A DNA stretch of 64,000 bases from Hyaloraphidium curvatum SAG 235-1 (lineage: Eukaryota; Fungi; Monoblepharomycota), in the NCBI GenBank assembly GCA_025558095.1, contig JAIVFI010000028.1:310001-374000 (forward strand), in the 5' to 3' direction. The notes beneath the pieces are model-generated. The model made no database searches and had not been told where the DNA came from. It saw nothing but the letters and a program-made list of their open reading frames with translations. Shown in pieces: positions 20,624-32,532 of this stretch (within the stretch, counting starts at the first letter, position 1; every line of letters starts with the position of its first letter). Both the position numbers and the translations under genes were made by a program.

Positions 20624-22516
20624 ATGGCTTCGAATGGCGCGGAGCTCGTGGAAGGACATTCTGCTACTTCGACTGCCCCGGAACTTGCGGAAGGCAACTC
20701 CGCCATGTCTCTACCCGGAAAGAACGTCACGGTTCGGCGACATCTGCCCCACTTGCCGGCACTTTCCAAGACCACGAAGATCATAGTCCTCGGAACGCTC
20801 ACCGCGATCTTCGTGGTCCTTGAGATTGTCATTGGCTACGCTTCGAACTCCCTGGCCCTTGTGGCGGACGCCTTCCACGCTGCCTCCGATTTTCTTTCTC
20901 TCGCCATCGCGTTCTATGCTGTGCGGCTCGCTCAGCGGAAGATGCCGGAAGTGCCGTCGGGTGCTCCTGCCGAGGACGACCCAAAGGGTTGGAAGTCGCG
21001 CGAGGATCTCCTGGTACGGCACAAGCTCTACGCCCAACTCACGTTCGGGCTGCAGCGCGCGGAAGTCCTGGGTGCCCTTGTGAATGCTACTTTTCTTTTG
21101 TCGCTCTGTTTCAGCATCTTTGTGCAGGCGATTGAACGCTTCTTCTCGATTGCGCGCGAGGGCTCGGGCGAGCTCACGCAGCCGAAACTTGTTCTGATCG
21201 TCGGCGCAGTCGGACTCTGCATCAATATTGTCGGCATGTTGATGTTTGCGCAGGACGGACACCACGGCCACGACCATGGGACTCATTCGCACGAGTCCTC
21301 TGGGCACCAGCACGGACACGGATCCCATCGTGACCTCAATGCTTACGGGGTCTTTCTGCATGTGTTCGGGGACGCATTGGGCTCCGTTGCGGTCATTATT
21401 TCGGCCACGATCGTCTGGTTGTGCCAGGGAGATTGGCGTTTCTACATGGACCCAGCCGTCAGCGTTCTTTTTACCGTCATCGTGGCTGTGACGACTGTGC
21501 CGCTCGTCATGCGGACCGCACGCATCATGCTGCTGGCATCGCCTTCTTCCATCAGCATCACGGACCTCAAGAGGAGAATCCTCGAATTGGACGGTGTCAT
21601 CGATTTGCACGAGGTGCACGTGTTTGAGCTGAAATCAGGCCTCCTTGTGGCATCTTTGCACGTTGTTCTTGAAGTTGCTGATGGTCCGCGAGCGAGCGGT
21701 GCCCTTCGGAGACGCAAGACGGCGGCTGACGTCGTTTGGTGCGAGAAAGAGGATTGCGCCAACGATGGTTGCGGCCAGTGCTCTCCTTTCGAAACTCCCC
21801 GGAACTACGACTCCATCGCCGCTTCGATTCGGCTGGTCATGCACCAGTTCGGGGTTCATGCCACGACGATCCAGCCAGAGTTCGTCAGGGCCGTGCCAAA
21901 GGACGGCGGCAAACTGGCCTTTGTCCCCCTGGCCAGCGATGCTGACCTTCGGAAGCCGGACGTTCCATCGAACAGCAGTTCTGTTGAGTTTGTGGGGCGC
22001 TCACAGTCCTCTAGGAGGCTGCACCACCATCATCCTCTTCGAGAGACTGAAGCAATCGCGGAATCTAACGGCCTCGGCGTCCTCGCGGGATTGCCGATCG
22101 CCGTCGAGGAAGGGATCGGAACGGAAGATGACGGCCTCGTCGACGCGGTCGCAGAGCTTACGTGCACCATGCAATGCCCCGCTAGCGAGAGCGCCTCGAA
22201 TCTGCCCCCTCTCGCGCCTTCGCGGCACGCGCACTCGGACCTTGCGAGGAGTCAGACTCCGGAGCAGACAGTCGAGGGAGATTGCGAGTGCTGCGAAACG
22301 ACTGTTCCTTGCGGACCAGAAAGCCAGTGCTGCCCGGGCGGTGTGAGCGAGCGGGGCAGGCTGCGTAAGCTTGACGAGGCAGAGAAGGCGCTCGCGCAGC
22401 TCAAGGCGCTGGGCCGACAGCAGCCTAGCAGAGGTTTCAGCTGGCCTCGCATCGGAAGAGGCAAAGACGACGCGGGGATTTCTGCTCAAGCTCACGACCT
22501 AGATCCAATTCCGTAG
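20624..22516 (+). CDS. CDF-family Zn/Co/Cd transporter (ZRC1/COT1/ZnT1-like)
   Basis: SLALVADAFH..SD, TFGLQRAEVLGALVN, His-rich loop, LHVFGDALGS, LHEVHVF and HATTIQPEF. Confidence 0.93.
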   Translation: MASNGAELVEGHSATSTAPELAEGNSAMSLPGKNVTVRRHLPHLPALSKTTKIIVLGTLTAIFVVLEIVIGYASNSLALVADAFHAASDFLSLAIAFYAVRLAQRKMPEVPSGAPAEDDPKGWKSREDLLVRHKLYAQLTFGLQRAEVLGALVNATFLLSLCFSIFVQAIERFFSIAREGSGELTQPKLVLIVGAVGLCINIVGMLMFAQDGHHGHDHGTHSHESSGHQHGHGSHRDLNAYGVFLHVFGDALGSVAVIISATIVWLCQGDWRFYMDPAVSVLFTVIVAVTTVPLVMRTARIMLLASPSSISITDLKRRILELDGVIDLHEVHVFELKSGLLVASLHVVLEVADGPRASGALRRRKTAADVVWCEKEDCANDGCGQCSPFETPRNYDSIAASIRLVMHQFGVHATTIQPEFVRAVPKDGGKLAFVPLASDADLRKPDVPSNSSSVEFVGRSQSSRRLHHHHPLRETEAIAESNGLGVLAGLPIAVEEGIGTEDDGLVDAVAELTCTMQCPASESASNLPPLAPSRHAHSDLARSQTPEQTVEGDCECCETTVPCGPESQCCPGGVSERGRLRKLDEAEKALAQLKALGRQQPSRGFSWPRIGRGKDDAGISAQAHDLDPIP

Positions 22517-22550
22517 AAGTTGCGACCATTACACGAACGGTCTACGCTAC

Positions 22551-25500
22551 CTACGCAGCTGCTCGCTTTTCCTTCCGCCGCTTTTTGCGCTTCCCCTGTC
22601 CGTCGTCTTCTGCGGCGTCGGATCCAGCATCATTGAACCCAAAGTCTTCGCCGTCGTCGATCGAGAGAAGCTTTGCGAAATCATCGGCACTGGCAAAGCC
22701 ACGCGGAACCTCTTCCCCGTCCGAAACTCCGCGTTTCCGGGAGAAGAAGTCACCGGCGTACCCAAGAGACTGCGCTTTGCGCGCCAAGAAGTTGGGCTTG
22801 CTGGCAAGCTTGTCGTCCTCTTCGTCGCTTCCGGAGCCGGCAAAATCAGGCAGATCCTCCGCGTCACTGACATCCCCGTCAGCCTCCGGCTCCTGCTGCT
22901 GCCCCAAATCCAGGTGCTCCTCGCTCGGCAACTCTTCCAAGGCGTCTTCCATCTCATCGGTTCCAGCCTCGCTCTCTCCTTCCGACGCACTCTCAGATGC
23001 CACGTCGACTTCGTCAACCTCGTTGGAGTCTGCTCCGGCATCGGAAACCGCTTCTTCGCCATCCGACTGCGCGTCCTCGGAGTCGGATCCGAGATCGTCA
23101 TCGTCGCCGTCACTCTCGTCGTCCTCCTCCACTTTCGGAAATCCGGAACTTCTCCGCATCGCTTCCCAGATCTCGTCTTCGTCCATCTCCTGGTCTTCGT
23201 CGAGATCTTCGTCCCCGGCGGCAAAGTCGTCGGCATCCTCCGATGCCTTTGCTTTCTTTGCCCTCTTGGGCTGCTCCTTGGCCTTTGTTTGGAAGAAAGT
23301 GAGGAAGAATTTCTGCGACGAGTGTCAGGCGCTCGTCTCGCGCTCCCAAAGGCGCAACCAACCTCGTCCTCGTTCACGCCGTGCTTCACGGCACGCTTTA
23401 ACCACGCATCGTCGTTCACCGGCAGATCGTCGCCTCTGGGGCCCCTTTCTCCGGCCACCATCCGCTTCTTGCCGCCGTGGAACAGGACGCCGATGTCCTT
23501 TTCATTGGCAGCCGGCTCGATCTTGGGCTTCATGACGGAAACCTTTTCCGGCGTGTCTTCCGAGGCCTTGCGCGGGTTCTTGAAAACAAATCGATCGAGG
23601 AAATGCATGAGGCTGTGGTTTCTCAGCGGATCGTACGATGCAATGTTCTCGGGAGTCTGGATCGGCTCCAACGATAGCAGCATCCTGGCATAGAGACGAA
23701 CAGTGGGGTGGAAATGATCCGCGAGCGCGTTCAGCTCCCAAAAGCATGTCCGATCCGCGTGGCAATGAAGAGGCTCGCGTTTGAATGGATCGTAGCGGGC
23801 GTCTTCCGCCTTCCGCTCGGGGTGAGCAGCTCTCGGCTTGTCTTCCCCCGGAGAAGCCGGTGATCCTTCCGGGTCATCGTCCGAGTCGTCCTTCACGTCC
23901 ACGAAGCGCTCCTCGTCGTCGTCCTCGCGCGATTCGGACATCTTGATGGAAGCCCAGATGGCCGGCTTCTCCTTGGAAACTTCGCTCAGCAGGAACAACG
24001 CCGCGACAGCAAACGGCGGCGCTTGGTTTGCCGCGATTTGGAGCAGCCGCTTCAGCATCGCCAGCGTCCGCGGCACGCTGGGATCCGCCTTGACCACGCG
24101 ATAAATGAGGTTGAGGAAAGGGGCCTGCTGCGAGGCCTGGAAGAGATGCGGATGCAGCATGAGCTCGTACACAGCTCGGCCGAGGCGGTCGGACGCGCTC
24201 TGGCGGGCGGATGCGACCTGGCAGACAAAAGTGAGCGCCTGCACGGCCGTGTTGAAGGCTGCGAGGTGGGAAATGGTGAAGAGCGTGTCCATGTGCTTCT
24301 CGAAGCTGGGGAAAGGAAGCATTCAGAATCGGGTGCCGATGGCCGATATGCGAACATGGACCCACATCTGATCCTCGAGCTTGCTGTACGGCCAAGCCCG
24401 ATTGACGCCCGTCAGGACAGCCGCCACCATCTTGGCTTCAAACTCCTTCATGTCCACGACGGCGCCGGCTCCACCCTTGCCATCCTGCGGCTTCTTTCCA
24501 CGGTCCCGGTGACGCATCTTCTTCTTCGTGGGTTGCGCTTTCGCGGTCGGAGCGGGCTTGCCGTCTTCATCTGCTTTTTCGTCCGGTTTCCGGAGCATCG
24601 CCTCGAAGAGGGCAAAGTACAGCTCGACGAGCCTGTTGGCAGCCTTGACATCCGGTTCGCGGTGGCTGAGGACGATCTGGTCCAGGAAGGTGACGGCGTG
24701 GTACTTTGCGCGCGGCGACGAAGCTGGTCGGAGCAGGAAGCGTTCGACCTCGGCGATGACGACGAGCTTCATGGCGGGATGCCGGCGGAGCAGCTGCAGG
24801 AGCAGGTGGGAAACCAACGAAGGGACCTGCTTGTCCGCGTCGCCAAACTTGTCCACCAGGAGCAGGAGGAGGTTCTGTTCCTGCTCGGGCTTCGAAGCGA
24901 GGAGTTCGAGTAGGTGGTACATCGCCTTGCGCTTGAGATGAAGCAACGGGTCGTGCGCGAGACCTTCGAGGGTCCGGAGGAACGAGAAGTACCAGGTCTT
25001 GAGCGCATCCTCAAAGGCCCAAAGGATGAGATGCGCATCGGTAACTCCCGGCGAGAACAAGGGACGGTCCACAAAGTACCGCAACTTGCGATCCGGCAGC
25101 AGGCCGCTGACGAGGAGTTCCCGGACGACGTCGACGGCCTGCATGGCCTCGCGCCTCGCCTTCTTGGAGCACATGGCCGTCAGGTCCTGCTCCAAGCGCG
25201 CAAAGCTGTGCACCGGCGACTCCTGGACGAGGAGCTGCAGCGCCGACACCCTGTCCGCCGTCGTGCCGGAGCGCAGCACGTGGTTGATAAAGTCACGGTC
25301 CGACGCCGACATCCTGCTCTTGGCCGAGTAACGCTTGGAATCCTCCTCCCACAGCTTTTTGGCCTTTGTGAGCAGCGCCGCAGTCCGCTTCTGCTTCTCG
25401 GACGCTCCCATCGGATTCTTCTTCTCGTCCAGCGGCTCGATCGGATCCAACGGGATCGTGTGCCACAGTGGGATCGCAGGCACGGTAAGCTTGGGCCCCG

Positions 25501-26134
25501 ACGGCTTCTCGTCCTTGAGCGCGGTCGACAGGGCCTTCTTGAGCTGTCCCAGCTTCTTGGATTCCGCAGTGTCCAGCTGCTCCTCCCCCTCCTCGTCCTC
25601 CTCGTCGCCGTCGTCCTGCGAGCTTTCTCCTTCCCCGGAGGCACTTTCTTCGCCAGCTTCATCCTCGCTGGCTTCGCTCTCCCCGCTCTCGGAGTCGGCG
25701 CCCGCCTTGCCGTTTGCGGCCGGGTTCGGCTGCTCCTCCTCTTCCTCCCCCTCCTCATCATCGTCCAAAGGCATAGGCTTCCCAGGCGTGATCCCGAGGG
25801 TCTTCATGAAGGAGCGGAGCTGGTCCGCGAGGTTCTTGTCAGCCCGGTCCTGGGGCACCACAACGGCTTCTTCCTCTTCATCGCCCTCGTCCACCCCGAC
25901 CAGAAAGTCATAGTCCTCGTCCGTCCCGCCGAGCTCCTTGATTTCGCGCAGCAGGTCCTCGTCCCGCCCGGCGGCACTGTTGGCTTTTGGCTGAGCACCC
26001 TTCGGCGGCCGATTCGGGGCGCCCTTGCCCTTCTGCTGGGCATCAGGCCCCTTTGCCCGCGGCTTTGTGACCTCCTTCGCCCCCTTGCCGGGCTTCTGGG
26101 CCCCCGGAGGCGGCCCTTTGCCCGCTTTGGCCAT
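22551..26134 (-). CDS. MAK21: Ribosome biogenesis factor MAK21/NOC1 (CBF domain; 3 exons)
   Basis: SGTTADRVSAL, KPEQEQNLL..LVDKFGD, LTGVNRAWPY, YDPFKREP..WEL..HFHPTV and SLMHFLDRFVFKNP. Acidic tail. Confidence 0.95.
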
Positions 26135-26351
26135 GGCCCCGAAAGCTGTCTTTGGTTGTTGACCCTCGGCCCGTTAGGACTTTTCAGTAGGCGGCCTCTG
26201 CGCGGACCAACGCCACCCCCTTTCCTCCCATCTCGGTCGGTGCGTCCGTAAGTACCGCAGGCTGAGCGGCACTCGGTGCAATCCATTCACTGCCCGCGCC
26301 GTGCCTCTGTGCTGCCCCTCCCCGGACCGCCCCGCGGCCCCGCGTGCAGCG

Positions 26352-28009
26352 ATGCTCAGCGCCGCCCTCGCCGCGAGGCCGACGGCCGCGGCCGCCGCGC
26401 GCTCGTACGCGACGTCGGCGTCGAAGGACGGCTACAAGGTCGTGGTCATCGGCGGCGGCGCGGCCGGCGTGTCGGTCGCGGCCAAGCTGTCCAACACGCC
26501 CGGCTTCTCGGGCGCGAAGAACGTGTGCATCGTGGAGCCCTCGTCGACGCACTACTACCAGCCGCTGTGGACGCTGGTCGGTGCCGGCGTGAAGCCCATG
26601 ACGGAGTCGGCGCGGCCGGAATCCGATGTCATTCCCCACTCTGTGAGCCGGCCTCGAGCGCGCCATCGGGACCCGATCCGCCGGGAGCGGGCCGGGTTCC
26701 GCGTCGGAACATGTGCTTATGGTTGTGTTGGATGCAGGCGGATTGGTTGCAGGCTCGGGTCACCAAGGTCGACCCCGTCGCCAAGACGGTTTCGACCGAC
26801 GGCGGCAAGACGGTGCGCACCGCCCTCGGCAGCCCCGCTGCGACCCCCGTCTGAGCATCGTCCTGCACAGGTCAAGTACGACGTGCTTGTCGTCGCCCCT
26901 GGGATCCAGTGCGATTGGGACAAGGTCCCCGGCCTGGTGCAGACCCTCGGCAAGGACGGCGTCACGTCCAACTACTCGGCCGAGTCGGCTCCCCGCACCT
27001 GGGACTTTATCAAGGGCTTCACCGGCGGCAACGCTATCTTCACGCAGCCCAACACGCCGATCAAGTGCGCCGGCGCGCCGCAGAAGATCGCGTACCTCGC
27101 CGAGGAGACCTGGAGCAAGGGTGGCATCCGCGACAAGACCAAGATCGCCTTCAACACCGGCATGGGCGCCATCTTCTCGCAGCCCGACTACGCCAAGGTG
27201 CTGGACGGGATCGCCGCCTCGAAGGGCATCTCGGTCAGCCTCAACACCAACCTTGTCTCCATCCGCCCCGAGTCCAAGGAGGCCGTCTTCCACCGCGACG
27301 GCAAGGAGGACGTGCAGAAGTACGACTTCCTGCACGTGACCCCCCCGATGTCGGCACCCAAGTTCATCGCCGACTCTGGTCTGGGCAACGCCCAGGGCTT
27401 CGTTGACGTGGACAAGTACACGCTGCAGCACGTCAAGTACCCCAACGTTTTCTCGCTCGGAGACGGTTCGTCGGCACCGACCTCCAAGACCGCGGCCGCC
27501 GTCTCTGGGCAGGCCGGCGTCGTGTACAAGAACATCCTCTCGTACATGTCCGAGCCCGCTGGCGTGCTGTACAACAAGTACGACGGGTGGGTCGTGACTG
27601 CTTCCAGGGTACAGGTGCCATGTGGCTCATGACTCTGCCTCCACGCAGCTACACCGCCTGCCCCATCACCACCTCGCGCGACAAGCTCCTCCTCGCCGAG
27701 TTCTCGGGCTACACCATGGACACCATCGAGACCTTCGAGGGCATGATCGACCAGAAGAAGGAGCAGGGCATCCTGTACCCGCTCAAGACAACCGTCTTCC
27801 CGTACCTGTACTGGAGCCGGATGCTGAACGGGAAGTGGGACGGGCCCCGCAAGATCCGCAACGCCATCCAGGTGCGCCGATCCCGCGGACCCCTCTCGTG
27901 CTTTGGCTCATTGTTGTTGCTTTTTCAGGGCGTGTGGGTCGGCGACCCGGTGTACCCGCCCGGGGACAGCTTCTTCACCCCGAAGGCGCACCACGACCAC
28001 CACTGGTGA
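26352..28009 (+). CDS. SQOR: Mitochondrial sulfide:quinone oxidoreductase (SQR/HMT2; 5 exons)
   Basis: VVVIGGGAAG, HYYQPLWTLVGAG, IKCAGAPQK, LHVTPPM, PTSKTAAA and GYTACP (both catalytic Cys present). Confidence 0.95.
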
Positions 28010-28244
28010 GTGATGAACGGTGCGGCACATGATCAAGACTGACCGAGTGATTGCTCAGATCGCCATGCGGTGAACAGCGAGTTGTGTAGCTGCTGAAAAT
28101 AGAAGCGAACAAGCTGAACTGCTGAGCTGCGTGCAATCAAAGGTCCATCTATTGACATCGGGGTATCTCAAGGATTGATCAAGCTGTACACGATCTTACA
28201 TACAAGTTGCAAGAGAGAGAGAGAGAGGTAAGTGACCATCCAGT

Positions 28245-30386
28245 TCAATGCGTCAAGATCTTGCGGTTCGGCACCACCGACTCTTCGATCTGCTTCGAGA
28301 TCGAAACGTTGGCGATCTGCGCGATCATCGCGTCGAACTCGGAGGCGTCCGGCGCCCTCTTCCGCACGTGGTCCGCAAGATGCTTCCCCAGAATGTGCGT
28401 CAGGTTGAGCGTTCCCCGGTCAAACTCCTTCGAGGTGCCCGATTCTTTCTTGGAAGACGTGGGTGACGTGATGTCGGTGCCGCTGTCCTGTCGCGGCCGG
28501 TTGACCGGGTTCGTAACGTCGAGGAGGACGTCAAGGCCGCCGCAGGAGAGAAAGTGCTGCACGAAAGCCTCGTGCTTTTGTGCTTCAGCCATGTTGGCAT
28601 CCGGCGTCTCGGAAAAGATGAAGAGATTGACGAGGGCGTCCGAAACACGGACAAAGAGGGATGCATCCGACCGCCCGTTGCCGCTGCGAGATGCCACGAG
28701 CGCCTTGAGTAGGATCGGGATCACGTTGTTGGACACCAGTGTCCACATTTGGCCGACGGCCTGAGCATTGCCCTTTTGCCGCACGCTGTCCGTAGTGTTG
28801 GACAGCGCCCTGAAGGAAGATGACGGAGCAAAGTGAGCCGGCGCGCGAGTGGTCGAAGAACCGTTGCACTGACCATATGAGCTCTCGTGCGACCTTCCAG
28901 TCATCTTCCAGCTCCTGGGCACCAGCAACCATGGGCGTCAAAAGACCAGCGTCGAAGACGTGCTGCACCTGATCCGAAGTGCCAGCGCAGAAGTTGCTGA
29001 GAAGCATGGACGAATGCAGCCGGATGGACGCATTGCGATGGCTCATCATTTCGGGGAGGAGATCGAGGACGTTCTGTTCCTCCAGCACGAGCTGCAACGG
29101 GATGACGTGAGCGTGACTCCCAAAGTGATAGACAACAATATCCACCTGCGTCTGATCGTCGCTGCCGCTGCTCAGGTTCGTGAGCACTCGAAGGACCAGG
29201 ATCGTCAGCGAGTCTTCTCCGTGCGGGAGGTACTTGAGAAGCTCCGAGAGCCGACCCGTCAGCTTCTCGTCAATGTGCTCCGCGACACAGTCGTAGCGAG
29301 GTTCGTGGAGCACGTATTTTAATGTGCGCAAGACCTCGGTCAGGAGCTGAGGATCGTCTGTGCTGTGAAGCAACCTGGTGGGAAGCCCGGTGAGCCGTTC
29401 GAATCATGTGGCATGGACGCAAGCTACGCACCGGAGAAGCAATGGGAGGGCAACGGAAAGCCGCTCCACGTCCGACTCCTTGTTGTCCCAGCGTGCGCTG
29501 TTTCCAATGGCCCAGACACAGACACGGAGCACGCTGGTGTTGGCCAGCTCGTACTCTTCGGCATCCGGGTCGATCACGTGGGTGAGATCGGTCGCCCGGA
29601 CCATGCGGTCAATCATGTCGGGGGCGTGCGAAAAAGCCGTGGCCTTGACGCTCGAAGAATCGCCCAGGATGTTCCCTATGCCGCAACAGATTTAGCGGCC
29701 AATCGAAGTCCTACCCGAGGGGCTCACCAAGATTCCAGATCGCCTGCCAACGCACCCTCCATGCAGGACTCTTGAGGAGATCCACAAGTACGGGAACGGC
29801 GCCGGCTTTCATGACGGCAACGGTGTAGGAGGACGGTCCGGCGCAGATGTTGGTCATGAGCCACGAGGTCTCGTAGATGACGTGGGCATCCTTGCCCCCC
29901 AGAAGCTCGATGAGACGTGGCATGGCCTGCAGGTTGACCACGGCCCGGACGTTGTTCCACTCGCCCTCCGGCTCCGAGATGCAGCAGAACTTGCGGAGGA
30001 GGACCACTGCCCGCAGATGGTCGTCCCGGACCTCGGAGTAGAGGAACTGCCGCAATGTTGTTTCATGTGCGGGAAGCTGCCGACGGACGTTGAGGCGCGC
30101 CGGCTGCGGAGAGTGTTGCGGCACCCACCAGTGTTGCAATCTCGGCGTCCGGGATGTTTTCGAGCGGGTGGTTTGTCCGCTCCAGGCCGACGACGTGAGA
30201 CAGCTTCCGGGTGATCGAAACAAGGCTGTCGTCCAAGTCTTCGTCGTCCTCGGCAATGCGCCGCACCGGCGCGCTCGGGCTCGAGAACGGGTTTGACATT
30301 GGCAGCGGGAGCGCGCCGTCAAACATGGACGGCCGCTGAAACCTCGGTGGTGTCGCCATAATGTTCATTGCCTTGGAGGAAGACAT
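28245..30386 (-). CDS. Divergent importin-alpha-like armadillo-repeat protein (multi-exon)
   Basis: ARM H3 motifs in importin-alpha order: SWLMTNICAG, IWNLGNILGD, VWAIGNSA, LRVLTNLSSGSDDQTQ, LLSNFCAG..Q and LIWALSN. Confidence 0.78.
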
Positions 30387-30936
30387 GGCCGAGTTGGAAG
30401 GTGGAGCGAGAGAGGCCCGCGGTCGTCCCTCCAGCACCGGCGAGTTGAGCGCGGCGAGACAGGGGCAAGAAGCTCGACCGCTGGCCCTTCCGCCAGCACC
30501 GCGGATCCTCGAGAAGAGTGACAGACAGTCACAATCAACGATCGAATTGCCGGGACTTTGGCATGCTGGGGTAGCAACCGTGCTAGTCTTTGGAGCCCTG
30601 TTTGGGTTCGCGACCCACCCGCACACGCGCGCAGCCAGTCCGGACCCAACCTTAGCTGGGACGTGTCGCACGTAGAGACGCAAAAGAAACTTTATTCATT
30701 CAACGCTATGACAGTGATTGGACTTACAGCGTCGCGCGGTAGGAGGGATCGATCGACCGGCCAGTGATCGCACGTTACTTCAAGCAGCGGGACTTGACGA
30801 AGAGCTACGATCGAGCGCCAAGCCCCGGCGGGCATCTATTCACCATGATATAAACAGGCAGCAGCACAACAATTCTGGCGCTCAAGAAGTCGCGCGCGGA
30901 CGCCAGCAGTCCCGACCCAACCAATCAAGGTCGCAT

Positions 30937-32298
30937 TCAGATCTTGGCGGGAGCCTCCTGGGGCCCGTCGAGGAGATTCGAGAAGAAGGGCACGGCCTGT
31001 TTGACTCCGTTAGCATCTGCGGCGCACGGCAAAGAGCTGCCAGACGAACCTTCTGCGCGATGGTGAAGGAGAATACAAGCTTGGGACCGACGATCAGAAG
31101 CTTGGGCGTCAGACCCTTGAAGAAGGATCCAAAGCCCTCGTTCCGTGCCATATCCCGGACGACGGTGAAGCCGGAAACACCGGGGCTGCCGACGGCCGCG
31201 GATTGGATGCGGGTCTTGACGACGTCGAACGGTGCCGAGACGACGATCGAGGCAAACGAGCCGGCGATCGAGGAGGCGATGGTCTGCATCCAGGTGGCTT
31301 TGCGGTAGTCCTCAAGGCCAAAGACGGTGCCCTTCACGAAGGCGTTGGCGCCAAAGAGCGCGAAGGAACCGGGGGCGTTCCGGGCCATCGTCCAGGTAGC
31401 ACCACTGCAAAGCAGGGCGCAAATCGTGAACAAAGCGAGCAAGAGAAGGTGTGACGTGGATTAGGATAGCAGCCAAGGGCAGGAACGACAGGAAGAACGC
31501 GTGATCAGCTCGGATGTGGCGTAACCGTCGCGCCCGTCGCAACCCACCGGTAGAGGTTCAGACCCTCGCCCATGAAGATGCTCATGACCGACCGGCCCTT
31601 GACACTGTCAGGGTTGGTCTGCTTGATGATCTTGAGGACGTCCAGGGGGAGCAAGACGACCTCGCCGATGCCGACAAGACTGTCAAAGCCCAACGTGAGC
31701 CCGCGGGTCCTTATCCTCGCTTGCAGGCCGCATAATCACCTGCCGGCGGTGGCCTGAAGCCACGGCTTGTAGGACTTCTCGCCGAAGACGTTGACAAAGG
31801 TCTGCTTGTAGTTCCGAGTAAGGACGTCGACGATGAAGGGCTGGCCGCCGAACTTGTAGGCGCGCTGGAGAATCTTGTACCCCGCCGCCCACCCGAGACC
31901 CGGGAAGAGGGAGCCGTACTTCTGGAGCGCGCCCTTGTTGGCCGCATCCTGAAGGGACGGGGTGTCGGCCACGGAAGGACGCCATGTGGCGAACCGCCAC
32001 CTACCCTGAAGATGACACGGTTGATGGTCGCCATGTCCGAAGGCTAGCGAGCGCAATCGTCCGGCATCGTTGCGGGAGGAAGCACGGCGTTCGATTCGCG
32101 GGTGCGGCGAGGACGAGGGGTGAGTAAGCCGTGGCGCCGACCGCCCGCGGCGCGCACCTTCTCCTTGCTGGTCATCAGCCGCTTGGCGATGGTGTCGATG
32201 GGGTGGAACGTGAAGAGCTCCAGGACGCCGGCGGTGGCGCCGCCGAGAATGAGCGCCGGCGCGGACTCGCGGCCGGTTCCTCCGACGTGGGGGGCCAT
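30937..32298 (-). CDS. GGC1: Mitochondrial GTP/GDP carrier (multi-exon)
   Basis: ELFTFHPIDTIAKRLM, SLFPGLGWAAGYKILQRAYKFGGQP, GIGEVVLLPLDVLKI, ARNAPGSFALFG and FFKGLTPKLLIVGPKLVFSF. Confidence 0.93.
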
Positions 32299-32532
32299 TG
32301 CGATGCGGTGCGGTGGGAAAGGAAGGGCGGTCGACGGTGGAAAGGACTGCTGCTAAAGCCACAGAGTATTCGCAGAGGGCGGTCGGAAGAGGTGTGCCTC
32401 GGAAGGAAACGAGAACGGGGTTCAAAAGTGAGGAGATTGACTCCGTGCTGCCGTCACCGCCCGGGCGAAATCGGAAGGCCTTTCCGCAGTCGCGAACGCA
32501 CACCATGAAGCGTTCCCAACCGATAATGGTGA

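Noticed and set aside
20624-28009. Heavy-metal tolerance cluster (CDF transporter + SQR/HMT2)
   Set aside because: The two genes are separated by MAK21 and each is a common housekeeping gene; proximity alone is not evidence.
28212-28227. (AG)8 microsatellite between the SQR and importin-like 3' ends
   Set aside because: Short simple repeat with no evidence of function.
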